The notes: generated by a model from the letters alone, not told the origin. Shown: positions 39,902 through 49,809, counted from the first letter of the stretch. The stretch: 64,000 nucleotides of DNA from Treponema sp. (GCA_031257105.1 JAIRPG010000048.1:2684-66683); one strand, 5' to 3'. Made by a program: numbers and translations.

Positions 39902-41599
39902 CTATCGTATATGGGCGATTGCCCCGGAGATGTTGTAGCAATAATCCCCTAGTTTTTCGATACGCCGGACGAGATCGATAAAGAGCAGTTCGGTTTTGAC
40001 GTTTTCCCCGGCTTCGATGCGCTTACGGCTTCGCTTGCGAAGTTTATCACGGTGTTTGCCGATGCGCTTTTCTAAATCTTTTACATAAGCGGACTGCTCA
40101 GCGGAGAAATTCCGGCCAACCTGCCCTTGGACGAAAACCAAGAAGTCCTCTACGAGGTTTACATAGGGGGACAGGGCCTCCAGTTCCTTCACCTTAAAGA
40201 GGTGGTTCTTTTTTATGCTCCGTTCCAGAAGGAGGCCCGTACCGTAACAGCTATCGGTCATATCTTCGAGATCCGCGACAATGCGTAAGAGTTGGGAAAC
40301 ATTCTGTTCAGACCGGTAATTGAGCGGCTGCCCGGCGCACTCCATAAGGAACCGGGTTAGTTCTTCCCGCATTTCATCGGCAACTATTTCTTTTTCTTGC
40401 ATCTGAGCCAGCAGGGTTTCTACCGCTTTTTCTCGAGCGCCGGGATCATGGTTCTTGAGCGCCTCCAGAAGAGAACCGACCTGGGCGTACATAGAGGAGG
40501 CGACTCCCGCCATATCCCGAATCTCCTTCTCCGCCCGGATAATGTTAAGCTCCGGCGCGTCTTGGATAGCGCCTGAAACATAGGCGAACCGGTAAGGGCG
40601 CCGGCGCAAAGCTTTGTCTTCTTTTACCCATTCCTCTTCTTTTATAAGGAAGGAAACCAGCGCGGCAAAGGGCTTTACAAAAGGGAAGAAGAGGAGGGTA
40701 TTCAGCGCGTTAAAGATCGTGTGGAGCATGGCCAGATGGGTGGTAATCCCCGGCCCTGAAGCCGCGCCGGGTGTCGCCAGATCCACCAGCGCCAGCAGGG
40801 GCGTAAGGAAGATGAGCGCCCAGACCGTACCAATCACGTTGAAGAGTATATGCACCAGCGCCGCCTGTTTTGCGGCGGTTTTCGCGCCGATAGACGCCAG
40901 CGCCGCGTCAAGCGTGGTGCCGATGTTGGCCCCCAGAATCATGGCGGCGGCAAAGGGATAGCTTATCATCTCCTGGTGGGCCATGGTGAGCATGATCGCC
41001 GTGGAAGCGCTGGAAGAATGGATGATCAAGGTCATCACGAGGCCGATCCCGGTGGCAAGCAAGGTGGAGGCATAGCCCCGGTTCGCCAAGGAGCTGATGG
41101 CTTCTATGGCATCGGGCCTCAGCTTGGGCATAGAATTGGTCAAAAAATCTAAGCCGACGAAGAGGAGTCCAAAGCCGAGGATCACCGTCCCCAGATCCCG
41201 GCGCTTCCACTTGATCATCATCATCACAAAACCTATTCCCACTGCGGGCAGGGCCAGCGCAGAGATTTTGAAGGTAAACCCGACGATAGACACGATCCAG
41301 GCGGTTACGGTGGTGCCGATATTGGCCCCCATGATCACTCCAATAGATTGGGTAAGGGTCAAAAGTCCGGCGTTCACAAAGGAAACGACCATCACCGTTG
41401 TGGCTGATGAGGACTGGATAAGGGCGGTTACCACAAAACCGGTGAGCACTGCGGTAAAGCGGTTCCCGGTCATAAATCCCAGAACCCGCTGCATCCGGTC
41501 TCCCGCAATCTGCTGGATTCCGTCGCTCATTACCTTCATTCCATACAAGAAAAGGCCCAACCCTCCGGCTATAGAAAAAAACGTACTGATATACCCCAT
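39902..41599 (-). CDS. Na/Pi cotransporter family protein with C-terminal PhoU-like domain
   Basis: GLGLFLYGMKVMSDGIQ, TALIQSSSATTVM and LIIHSSSASTAI are the duplicated NaPi-II motifs. The C-terminal helical PhoU-like repeats include EDMTDSCY and EKLGDYCYNI. ATG 41599 was chosen (GGAG lies 8 nt upstream). Confidence 0.8.
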   Translation of the reverse strand: MGYISTFFSIAGGLGLFLYGMKVMSDGIQQIAGDRMQRVLGFMTGNRFTAVLTGFVVTALIQSSSATTVMVVSFVNAGLLTLTQSIGVIMGANIGTTVTAWIVSIVGFTFKISALALPAVGIGFVMMMIKWKRRDLGTVILGFGLLFVGLDFLTNSMPKLRPDAIEAISSLANRGYASTLLATGIGLVMTLIIHSSSASTAIMLTMAHQEMISYPFAAAMILGANIGTTLDAALASIGAKTAAKQAALVHILFNVIGTVWALIFLTPLLALVDLATPGAASGPGITTHLAMLHTIFNALNTLLFFPFVKPFAALVSFLIKEEEWVKEDKALRRRPYRFAYVSGAIQDAPELNIIRAEKEIRDMAGVASSMYAQVGSLLEALKNHDPGAREKAVETLLAQMQEKEIVADEMREELTRFLMECAGQPLNYRSEQNVSQLLRIVADLEDMTDSCYGTGLLLERSIKKNHLFKVKELEALSPYVNLVEDFLVFVQGQVGRNFSAEQSAYVKDLEKRIGKHRDKLRKRSRKRIEAGENVKTELLFIDLVRRIEKLGDYCYNISGAIAHIR

Positions 41600-41654
41600 G
41601 CTCATGTCTCCGTAAATTTGAGGTAAGTATAGCATAGCGATCCCGGCCTATGCT

Positions 41655-43019
41655 ATGTTTACGGGTATGGTAAAAGACCGTTCCTTCTATCGAACCCTGG
41701 CGGGGATCGCCCTGCCCCTGGCGCTGCAAAATTTAATCAGCGCTGGGGTGGGGCTGGCGGATAATTTTATGGTGGGCTCCCTGGGAGATTTGGCCCTTTC
41801 GGGGGTATTCCTGTCCAACCAGATACACTGGCTTCTTACCATGCTGAACGCGGGGCTTACCGCAGCCATGGTGGTGCTGGCGGCCCAGTACATCGGCAGA
41901 GAAGATAAGGTTCGGGCAAAGGTGGTTATCAATATCACCATAAAGCTGGGAGTGAGTATCGCGCTCGCGCTGACGGCGCTGGTACTGATTCTACCCCGGC
42001 AGATCCTGGGGCTCTTTACCGAAGACGGCGCCGTTATCGCTGAGGGGATGAAGTATATCCGCATCGTATGCTTTTCCTACATTTTTTTTACCTGCAACGG
42101 CGCGCTTTTGGCCTCCATGCGCTGTGTACAGAACACCCGGATCGGACTTCTTACCGCTTTTACGGGTTTCTGCATCAACATATTCTTGAATTGGGTGTTG
42201 ATCTTCGGAAATTTGGGAGCGCCTTCTCTGGGGGTGACCGGCGCGGCTCTCGCCACGCTGATCGCCCGGATCAGCGAATTCACCCTTACGTTCTGGTATA
42301 TTCGCTTTAAGGATACGGCGTTGGCTTTCAGGCTCAAGGATCTGGGACTCCGGAGCAAAGGACTGGTGAAGGATTTTTTCAGATACGGTTTCCCGGTAAT
42401 CCTGGGGGACATCACCTGGGGAATCGCCGGGAGCGCTCAGATCGCCATTCTCGGCAGGCTCGGGGCGGAAGTACTGGCGGCCAATACTATTGCGGCAAAC
42501 CTGCACCAGCTTTTCAGCCTGGCGGTCTACAGCATCGCGGGCGCTTCGGGGGTAATTATCGGGAGAACGGTCGGTTCCGGGGATCTGGACAAGGTAAAAG
42601 CCTACGCCAAGACCTTGCAGGTGATCTTCCTCTTCTTTGGAGCGATCACGGGGCTGCTGATTTTTATCTCCAAAGATTTGATTGTGACGCATGGCTTTCC
42701 CAACATCTCCGTTGACGCCGGACGCTACGCGATTCAGTTCCTGACGGTTTTTTCCGTTACCATCATCGGGACTTCTTATCAGATGTCGGTACTCACCGGC
42801 ATTGTCCGGGCCGGGGGGGCTACTCACTTTGTGCTGGTGAACGATCTCTTCCACGTGTGGCTTATCGTCATTCCTTCGGCGTTGCTTTCGGCTTTTGTGT
42901 TCCACTTCCCCCCGGTAGTAACGTTTGCCTGTCTCAAGTGCGATCAAGCGCTCAAGTGTATTGTGGCGGTGATCAAGCTCAACCGCTGGGACTGGATGAA
43001 AAAACTCACTAGGGATTAA
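41655..43019 (+). CDS. MATE-family multidrug/sodium efflux transporter
   Basis: 12-TM protein with the LALPLALQNLISAGVGLADNFMVG N-terminus typical of the MATE (NorM/DinF) family. Confidence 0.85.
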   Translation: MFTGMVKDRSFYRTLAGIALPLALQNLISAGVGLADNFMVGSLGDLALSGVFLSNQIHWLLTMLNAGLTAAMVVLAAQYIGREDKVRAKVVINITIKLGVSIALALTALVLILPRQILGLFTEDGAVIAEGMKYIRIVCFSYIFFTCNGALLASMRCVQNTRIGLLTAFTGFCINIFLNWVLIFGNLGAPSLGVTGAALATLIARISEFTLTFWYIRFKDTALAFRLKDLGLRSKGLVKDFFRYGFPVILGDITWGIAGSAQIAILGRLGAEVLAANTIAANLHQLFSLAVYSIAGASGVIIGRTVGSGDLDKVKAYAKTLQVIFLFFGAITGLLIFISKDLIVTHGFPNISVDAGRYAIQFLTVFSVTIIGTSYQMSVLTGIVRAGGATHFVLVNDLFHVWLIVIPSALLSAFVFHFPPVVTFACLKCDQALKCIVAVIKLNRWDWMKKLTRD

Positions 43020-43024
43020 CGGTT

Positions 43025-43642
43025 ATGACTCTCTGGTTTGCCAGCGGCAACGCGCACAAAAAACAAGAACTCCAGGCCATCCTGGGGGAATCGGCGGAAA
43101 ACTACCGCATCATGAGCCCTGCCGAAGCGGGGATCGCCTTTGATCCTCTTGAATCGGGAAGCGATTTTTTAGAAAACGCGCTCATCAAAGCCCGCGCCCT
43201 CTACCGGATCCTCGCGGAACAGGGTAAGGCGGCGCCGGTTATCGCCGATGATTCCGGGCTCTGTGTGGACGCGCTGGGCGGCAAGCCGGGAATACGAAGC
43301 GCCCGGTACGGTTCCACTGACGGGAAGAAACTGAAAGACGCGGAACGGAACGCCCTACTCCTCTCCGAATTAGGGGACAATCCCCTGCGGAAGGCCCGGT
43401 TTGTCTGCGCTATGGCGCTCCTTTTGAGCGAAGACCGATTTTACGTGGTTCAGGAAACCTTAGAAGGAGAGATTATCACCCCGGATCTTGGTTTAGGGCG
43501 GGGAACCGGCGGTTTCGGCTATGACCCTCTCCTCTACCTGCCGGATCGGGGACTTACCGTCGCGGAACTTACCCCCGACGAAAAAAAGAGACTGAGCCAC
43601 CGGGGCAAAGCCGGAAGGGCTATCGCCGCGTTTTTAACCTAA
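43025..43642 (+). CDS. rdgB: non-canonical purine NTP pyrophosphatase (dITP/XTP), RdgB/HAM1 family
   Basis: FASGNAHKKQEL, DDSGLCVDALGGKPG, SARY, GGFGYDP and SHRGKA are RdgB motifs. Confidence 0.85.
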   Translation: MTLWFASGNAHKKQELQAILGESAENYRIMSPAEAGIAFDPLESGSDFLENALIKARALYRILAEQGKAAPVIADDSGLCVDALGGKPGIRSARYGSTDGKKLKDAERNALLLSELGDNPLRKARFVCAMALLLSEDRFYVVQETLEGEIITPDLGLGRGTGGFGYDPLLYLPDRGLTVAELTPDEKKRLSHRGKAGRAIAAFLT

Positions 43643-44077
43643 CACCATACGCCGCGCAACCGCCCCGGAGGAAATATCATCCACGGTTTTGACCGCTTCC
43701 TGCATGGAAAGCTTGCGGTATTCCGCTTGCCGGCGCTCCTTGAGCTTATCCAGGATCTTCCGCTCCCGTGAGGCATCCATAAAAAGCCGCCGGGCTTCCT
43801 CTACTTTAAGCTCCGCCTGGGCCGCTTCTTCCAGAAGCCGTTCACGGGAGGCGTCTAAACGCCGGAGGTAGCGATCAAAGACCCCCAATTCAGCGGCGTT
43901 AACGCCGGAGGTAAAGCGATCCGCCGCAGCGTGAGAACGCTCTTCCGCCAGAGATTTAAGCTGTCCTTCGATGACGGCAAGCGCGCCCACGGCCCGGCCA
44001 AGAGCTATCTCCGCTTCCTGTTCGCGGTGAACGCGGATGCTGAGAATCTTTTCCATATCAAATTGAAAGCGCTTCAA
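43634..44077 (-). CDS. fliJ: flagellar export chaperone FliJ
   Basis: 147-aa coiled-coil protein MKRFQFDMEKILSIRVHREQEAE... immediately downstream of fliI and overlapping it by 4 nt. Confidence 0.7.
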   Translation of the reverse strand: MKRFQFDMEKILSIRVHREQEAEIALGRAVGALAVIEGQLKSLAEERSHAAADRFTSGVNAAELGVFDRYLRRLDASRERLLEEAAQAELKVEEARRLFMDASRERKILDKLKERRQAEYRKLSMQEAVKTVDDISSGAVARRMVLG

Positions 44078-45492
44078 TCAACCACCGTCCTCTTTTTATC
44101 GAGCGGCGCATGAGGCTCAACCTGGTAAGGGCCTCTCTCCCCGGCGGGGATCTCGATACCGGAGATAAGGGACATGGCGGTTAATGTCTCATTGAGGGAT
44201 GAAGGCTCATCTACCGCCTGAATCAGGAAGGATTCAATAGCCTGCCGTTTGGCAACCGCCTCATCAACGGCGGGGTTGGAACCCGCGTGGTAAGCTCCCA
44301 CATTGATCAGATCCTCCACCTCGGTATAGACCGCCATGAGCCGGCGGAGATAACCCGCCGCCTTTTGGGTGGTCGGCCCGGATATGGTGGGCATGAGCCG
44401 GGAAATACTACCTAAGACATCAATTGCGGGGTAGTGATACGCCTGGGCCAAGCGGCGGGAGAGAACGATATGACCGTCCAGAATCCCCCGAACCGTATCA
44501 GACACGGGTTCGTCCAGATCATCGCCGTCTACGAGGATCGTATAAAAGCCGGTAATCGTCCCTTTTTCGGAAGTACCGCAGCGTTCCAGGAGCTTGGGCA
44601 TAGAATCAAAGACGCTGGGAGGATAGCCGCGGGTAGCGGGAGGCTCGCCGGCGGCCAGCCCTATCTCCCGCTGAGCGCGGGCAAAACGGGTCACCGAATC
44701 AAAGAGGAGCATCACGTCCTTGCCTTGATCCCGGAAATACTCCGCTACGGCGGTAGCCACATAGGCCCCCCGCAAGCGCGCCAGTGGAGGAGCGCTGGAA
44801 GGCGCCACAACCACCACGCTCCGGGCTAGTCCTTCGGGACCAAGGTCGTTCTGGATGAATTCATTCACTTCCCGCCCTCGTTCCCCGACAAGGGCAACCA
44901 CATTCACATCCGCATTGGTATTCCGGGCGATCATGCCCAGAAGGGTGGATTTTCCCACGCCTGAGCCGGCAAAGATCCCCAGCCGCTGTCCACGGCCCGC
45001 GGCAAGGAGCCCGTCAATAGCCCGTACGCCGGTAGCGATCCGCTCGGTGATGCGCCGGCGCCGCAGGGGATCCGGAGCGTTCGCCAGCGCCGGATAGCGG
45101 GTTGCGGACTCTATGTCCCCCATGCCGTCAGTCGGCCTTCCCATAAAATCCAGCACCCGGCCCAGCAACGCGCCGGAAACAGGTACTTCAAGAAGGCTTC
45201 CGGAGGCTATCACCCGGTTACCCACCTCAATACCCCCGGTTTCTTCGTAGGCCATAAGCTGTACCGTATCGTCCCGGAGGCCGACAACCTCGGCGGGGAT
45301 AAGCCGGCAGGCGGCGTTCCTGACCGTTTCGATACGGCAGACCTCCCCAATAACGGCGACGGGGCCCCGGCTTTCAATAAGGAGTCCCTGAACCTTGGAA
45401 ACTCGGCCTACACATTTGATAGGATCGATCTTTCGAGCGGCGTCTAGGTATTTATGAATAACCCTCTCAATCGTATAGGAATCCAGATTCAT
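44074..45492 (-). CDS. fliI: flagellum-specific ATPase FliI
   Basis: Walker A GSGVGKSTLLGMI, Walker B VMLLFDSVTRFA, and F1/T3SS ATPase-like over the full length. Confidence 0.95.
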   Translation of the reverse strand: MNLDSYTIERVIHKYLDAARKIDPIKCVGRVSKVQGLLIESRGPVAVIGEVCRIETVRNAACRLIPAEVVGLRDDTVQLMAYEETGGIEVGNRVIASGSLLEVPVSGALLGRVLDFMGRPTDGMGDIESATRYPALANAPDPLRRRRITERIATGVRAIDGLLAAGRGQRLGIFAGSGVGKSTLLGMIARNTNADVNVVALVGERGREVNEFIQNDLGPEGLARSVVVVAPSSAPPLARLRGAYVATAVAEYFRDQGKDVMLLFDSVTRFARAQREIGLAAGEPPATRGYPPSVFDSMPKLLERCGTSEKGTITGFYTILVDGDDLDEPVSDTVRGILDGHIVLSRRLAQAYHYPAIDVLGSISRLMPTISGPTTQKAAGYLRRLMAVYTEVEDLINVGAYHAGSNPAVDEAVAKRQAIESFLIQAVDEPSSLNETLTAMSLISGIEIPAGERGPYQVEPHAPLDKKRTVVD

Positions 45493-45495
45493 AGC

Positions 45496-46458
45496 TTAGA
45501 CATTCCCCGCGTCAGCCGGGGGCGGCGGTTTGATCCTGCCTTTCAGGGGAGACATCTCCAGGATCTTCGTCTCCAATTCCGTAAGCTGGCTGGCGATTCG
45601 GGCGTCAATCTCCCCAAAATCGGTTTCAATGATACAGCCGCCCTGGTCAACAGAGGAATCCTCCACCACTTGAAAGCCTTTAGCCCCTTCAACAAGCTGA
45701 ATAAAGTCCTTGGTATGCTCTGTGGTCAGCTTGAGGTCAGCCATATTCACCCGGACAATGATATTTCCCCGGCCTTTCACTTTCCGAAGGGCCTGCATAA
45801 CATTGGCGCCAACTACCGTCCGTTGGTTTTCTGAAATAGACTTAACCACCTTGCGGGAGATAAGCAAAACCAGATCGATAATCTGCTGTTCCGTTTCCGC
45901 GAGGATCTCCGACCGTTTATCCTGAGCCCGTTCCAGCATAATTTGGGTACGCTCGATCAGCCGGACAACCTCTTCCCGGCCTTCCCGAAACCCCTCTTCC
46001 CGGCCCATGCTTCTGCCCTGCGCCTCCGCGTCCTGCCGGCTCTTTTCAAACGCGGCCTTGGCGGACGCCTCTATCTCCGCAGCCTTCTGCTTCGCTTCGG
46101 AAAGGAGCCGTTCTATCTCGTCTTCCGCGGCGCGGCGTTCGGCCTGGGCTTCATCGGTATGGCGCTTTACCTCCCGGAAAGCGGTCTCTTCCGCTTCCCG
46201 TATGATGGTATCCGCTTCTACCCGGGCGGATTGAATCATCGCTTCCCGCTCGGTGTCCCATTGGCTCTTGAAAAGTTCCGCTTCTTTCCGTAGATCCTCT
46301 ACGGTAGGCCCTGCGTATTCCTCAACGCGCTCAATTTCCTCCGGCTCATCGGAGGCCGGGGCAAGATGAGGCGCTTCCTGATACGCTTGGGGAGGATCCA
46401 GGAGTACTTTTTCGCCGATAACCGTGATTTCACCGGGCCTGAATACCGCTTTTGCCAT
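45496..46458 (-). CDS. fliH: flagellar assembly protein FliH
   Basis: Glu/Ala-rich coiled N-terminal half and a conserved FliH C-terminal domain (GGCIIETDFGEIDARI). It sits between fliG and fliI. Confidence 0.8.
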   Translation of the reverse strand: MAKAVFRPGEITVIGEKVLLDPPQAYQEAPHLAPASDEPEEIERVEEYAGPTVEDLRKEAELFKSQWDTEREAMIQSARVEADTIIREAEETAFREVKRHTDEAQAERRAAEDEIERLLSEAKQKAAEIEASAKAAFEKSRQDAEAQGRSMGREEGFREGREEVVRLIERTQIMLERAQDKRSEILAETEQQIIDLVLLISRKVVKSISENQRTVVGANVMQALRKVKGRGNIIVRVNMADLKLTTEHTKDFIQLVEGAKGFQVVEDSSVDQGGCIIETDFGEIDARIASQLTELETKILEMSPLKGRIKPPPPADAGNV

Positions 46459-46510
46459 AACTCTCTAATCCTATTCCTTTAAAGGTAAACCCCAGACCCC
46501 AACAGGTTTG

Positions 46511-47575
46511 TCAAACAACCATTTCATCCTCGCCGGCCCGGGCCACCACAATCTCGCCGGTGTCCTCAAGATGGCGGATAATAGACACGATTTTCTGCTG
46601 GGCTTCTTCCACATCTTTAAGCCGCACCGGGCCCATGTATTCCATATCTTCCTTGAGCATTCCCGCAGCGCGTTTAGACATATTCCGGAAAATCTTGTCT
46701 TGGACTTCCGTATCCACCGATTTGAGCGCCTTGGCCAATTCATTGGAATCCACTTCCCGCATAACCTTCTGAATGGCCCGGTCGTCCAGCATGACAATAT
46801 CCTCGAAGACAAACATCCGCTTCTTGATCTCTTCGGCAAGTTCGGGATCTTCGTCCTCCAGGGCTTCGATGATCTGCTTCTCCGACGCCCGATCCACCAT
46901 GTTGAGGATCTCCACAATGCTCTCCACGCCGCCGGCGGTTGTGTAATCCTCGCTGGACAGGGTGGAAAGTTTCTTTTCCAGAACCCGCTCTACTTCCCGC
47001 AGCACTTCGGGGCTGGTTCGATCCATGTTGGCGATCCTCCGGGCTACATCGCTCTGTACCTCATGGGGAAGGTTCTGGAGGATCACGGACGCCTTATTCG
47101 GCTCAAGATACGCCAAGATCAGGGCGATAGTTTGAGGATGTTCCTGCTGGATAAAGTTAAGGAGATGAGCAGGATCGGTGCGGCGGATAAAGTCGAAAGG
47201 CCGCACTTGAAGGCTCGACGTCAGGCGGTTGATGATGTCAATGGCCTTCTGGCTTCCCAGGGATTTTTCCAAGAGTTCCCGGGCGTAATCAATACCGCCC
47301 ATGGTGATGAACTGATTCGCCATCATCATTTCCTGGAATTCCGTAAGGATGGCGTCTTTCTGATCCGGTTCTATGGTTTCAAGCCGGGCAATCTCAAAGG
47401 TAAGGGTTTCTATTTCATCTTCTCGGAGAAATTTGAAAATCTCCGAAGAAATTTCAGATCCGATACTGACTAAAAAAATCGCCGCTTTCTGCCGGCCTGT
47501 ATATTCCTTTACCCCTTTTTTCTTAGACCCTCCCGCCGCTTGGGAAGAGTTTGATCCGCCTGGTGTCTGCGCCAT
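46511..47575 (-). CDS. fliG: flagellar motor switch protein FliG
   Basis: GRQKAAIFLVSIG, EHPQTIALILAYL and MFVFEDI motifs, and the charged C-terminal torque helix region. Confidence 0.95.
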   Translation of the reverse strand: MAQTPGGSNSSQAAGGSKKKGVKEYTGRQKAAIFLVSIGSEISSEIFKFLREDEIETLTFEIARLETIEPDQKDAILTEFQEMMMANQFITMGGIDYARELLEKSLGSQKAIDIINRLTSSLQVRPFDFIRRTDPAHLLNFIQQEHPQTIALILAYLEPNKASVILQNLPHEVQSDVARRIANMDRTSPEVLREVERVLEKKLSTLSSEDYTTAGGVESIVEILNMVDRASEKQIIEALEDEDPELAEEIKKRMFVFEDIVMLDDRAIQKVMREVDSNELAKALKSVDTEVQDKIFRNMSKRAAGMLKEDMEYMGPVRLKDVEEAQQKIVSIIRHLEDTGEIVVARAGEDEMVV

Positions 47576-47578
47576 AAA

Positions 47579-49285
47579 TTACTCCTCCAGCAGCCAGGTT
47601 CTGATAAGCTGGGCTACATCTCCAGGATGCTCTTTTGCCATATTGACGGCGTTATCCAAGAGCTCCATCCGTTTTCTTTCTTCCACCGACATAGAAACTT
47701 CCACGCCCTCATTCTCGGCTTCCAGGAGGGCGTTATCTCGTATAGCCTGTTGCTGCCGGGCAAGTTCCTCTTCCCGCTGCCGCCGCCGCCGTTCCAACTC
47801 TCGGCTCACCATTCGATATATCATAAAGCCGATAAGGATCAGCGCTAACCCCGCCAGAAAGAGGAGGATCATCAACTGGAATTGTTTATGCCGGGAATAT
47901 GCGGCGTCTTCATCGGCAAACTGCTTCGTCCGGTCAAATTGGATATTTTCGACCGTCACCGAGTCTCCTTTCGCGGCGCTATACGCAATAGCGCCTTGGA
48001 TCAACGCCTCAACGCTCCGAATCTCATCGTCGGTCATTGGGATATACTCCCGCTCACGGGAACCATCCGGCCTTAATACCGGATTATTTTTCTCGTCATG
48101 CTTAATTTCCCATCTTCCATCGATGTTCACCGATACCGTTTTCCGCTCAATTTGTGGGCTCTTCTCTTGTTTGATAACCGTCTCGTTGAGTTCCTCGTTG
48201 TGCGTCCTCGTTGACTGGTTCACTTTACCGTAAAGGTTCTCCATGTCCCTATACGCCGGGGAGGTCTGCCCTTCCACTCCGGCGGGCCCCTCAGGGTTAA
48301 ACCCCGTACCTTCCCACGTGGTAGTGGAGATACTTTCAGAACGGGTGACGGATATCACTTGTTCTGAATCGTCGTATGCTAACCCCGGCGTTCGTGGTTT
48401 GACGGTAATGGGGTCAATTACTTTTTTTTCAACCGTCTGGGAAGACATATCCATTTCGATCTTGATATTGAGATCCCGCACCCGGTCTTCCCCATAGGTA
48501 TTTTGCAGGCTCTTCAAGATCTGCGCCCGGTAATATGCCTCCTGTCTCTGTATATGTTTCGCTTCCTCCGCAATCTGGTTGATCCGGTCGAAGGCGGCCA
48601 TACCGGCGAAGTCGTTGAGTACCAAGCCGTTCTGATCGGTGATGACGATATTTTCATCGATCAGCCCTTCAACGGCAAATTTGAGGATCTTCTGAACGCC
48701 TTCGACCTTCTTGCGGTTCTGGGTAATATCGCTGCCCGGCTTGGGAGTGATGATCACGCTGGCCGTGACGGGGTTCTGCTGAGACGCGAAAAGGGCACGT
48801 TCAGGACTGACGATAGTCACCTTCGCGTCGTCCACATCATCCAGGGCCTTGATATGATCGGTCACCATCTGGGTAATGGCCCGCCGGAGGTTCACATTCC
48901 GCTCAAAATCGGTGGTAGTCCAGCGTTCCTGGTCAAAGATAGCCCAGGGATCGGTACCGCTGGGAATAAGATCCTCCCGAATCAAGATGGCCCGCATACG
49001 CTTCGCGGACGCTGCATCGGGTACCATGATTACTCCCGTTGGAGAAATCGATGTCTTGATCCCTTCCTGGTTAATCCGGGTAATGATCCGGTCCTGGGCG
49101 GCTTCATCTCTAATGGGAGCATCGATTACCGGCGCCATGGCGGGAGCGGAGGAAATTGTTACCATGGCAATAAGACCGGCCAGCGCGGCGACCACTATTC
49201 CTATAAGAATAAGCCGTTGCACTAAAGACCACTTGCCCCAAAGCGCGGCAATCTGTCCGGTTATCCTTTTGAAAAAATCATTCAT
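47579..49285 (-). CDS. fliF: flagellar M-ring protein FliF
   Basis: 568 aa with an N-terminal TM, ring-building motifs, a second TM (LMILLFLAGLALILIGFMIY) and the FliG-binding C-terminus. Confidence 0.9.
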   Translation of the reverse strand: MNDFFKRITGQIAALWGKWSLVQRLILIGIVVAALAGLIAMVTISSAPAMAPVIDAPIRDEAAQDRIITRINQEGIKTSISPTGVIMVPDAASAKRMRAILIREDLIPSGTDPWAIFDQERWTTTDFERNVNLRRAITQMVTDHIKALDDVDDAKVTIVSPERALFASQQNPVTASVIITPKPGSDITQNRKKVEGVQKILKFAVEGLIDENIVITDQNGLVLNDFAGMAAFDRINQIAEEAKHIQRQEAYYRAQILKSLQNTYGEDRVRDLNIKIEMDMSSQTVEKKVIDPITVKPRTPGLAYDDSEQVISVTRSESISTTTWEGTGFNPEGPAGVEGQTSPAYRDMENLYGKVNQSTRTHNEELNETVIKQEKSPQIERKTVSVNIDGRWEIKHDEKNNPVLRPDGSREREYIPMTDDEIRSVEALIQGAIAYSAAKGDSVTVENIQFDRTKQFADEDAAYSRHKQFQLMILLFLAGLALILIGFMIYRMVSRELERRRRQREEELARQQQAIRDNALLEAENEGVEVSMSVEERKRMELLDNAVNMAKEHPGDVAQLIRTWLLEE

Positions 49286-49408
49286 CTCCCCCCCCTTCAG
49301 TCAGGAGTTCGAAACCGAGAAACAAGAATTCTTGATACCTTTAGGTAATCAAAAATTACAACTCCCCAATTTCTCCCTCATTCTTTTTTACATATTTAGA
49401 TTACAATA

Positions 49409-49795
49409 TCACCTTGTATTGATTAAATCCCTCCAACCCTGGACAATACGGTTCAGTACCGTCCTGGTGATATTAAGGGACATACTTGCCTTTGCCTGGG
49501 CAATCGTGATGTCATGGGTATCTACCGATCCGGGGTCAGTGACCGCCGCCTGGATAAGATCGTCCGCAACCACTTGAGATTGACTTACCTGATCCAAAGC
49601 CCGGAGCATAGCGTCCTCGAATGAACCGGCCCGCAGTACCGCGTCGGCGCCGGTTTTTTGCTCAAGCTCCATGATTGCCTTACCGGAACTGCCCTGATAC
49701 ACAGCCCCCCCCTTATCAAGCGTCATGTGCTTCGGGTGAGTCAGCGTCAGAGGAATCTTGTCGCCGTTTACCAGTTCCGGTCTATATATATTCAT
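49409..49795 (-). CDS. fliE: flagellar hook-basal body complex protein FliE
   Basis: C-terminal FEDAMLRALDQVSQSQ...ITIAQAKASMSLNITRTVLNRIVQGWRDLINTR is typical of FliE. It has a longer N-terminus than usual. Confidence 0.8.
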   Translation of the reverse strand: MNIYRPELVNGDKIPLTLTHPKHMTLDKGGAVYQGSSGKAIMELEQKTGADAVLRAGSFEDAMLRALDQVSQSQVVADDLIQAAVTDPGSVDTHDITIAQAKASMSLNITRTVLNRIVQGWRDLINTR

Positions 49796-49809
49796 TCCTT
49801 ACCCCTTCC

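Noticed and set aside
41649-41657. A third TATGCT hexamer directly abutting the MATE start codon, as another leaderless promoter.
   Set aside because: No -35-like element lies at 16-19 nt upstream, and the hexamer touches the ATG (0-nt spacing), which is incompatible with a start site at the AUG.
49296-49312. tRNA-like T-arm sequence (GGTTTCGAACTCC on the minus strand) in the fliE-fliF spacer.
   Set aside because: No acceptor, D or anticodon stems can be drawn around it.
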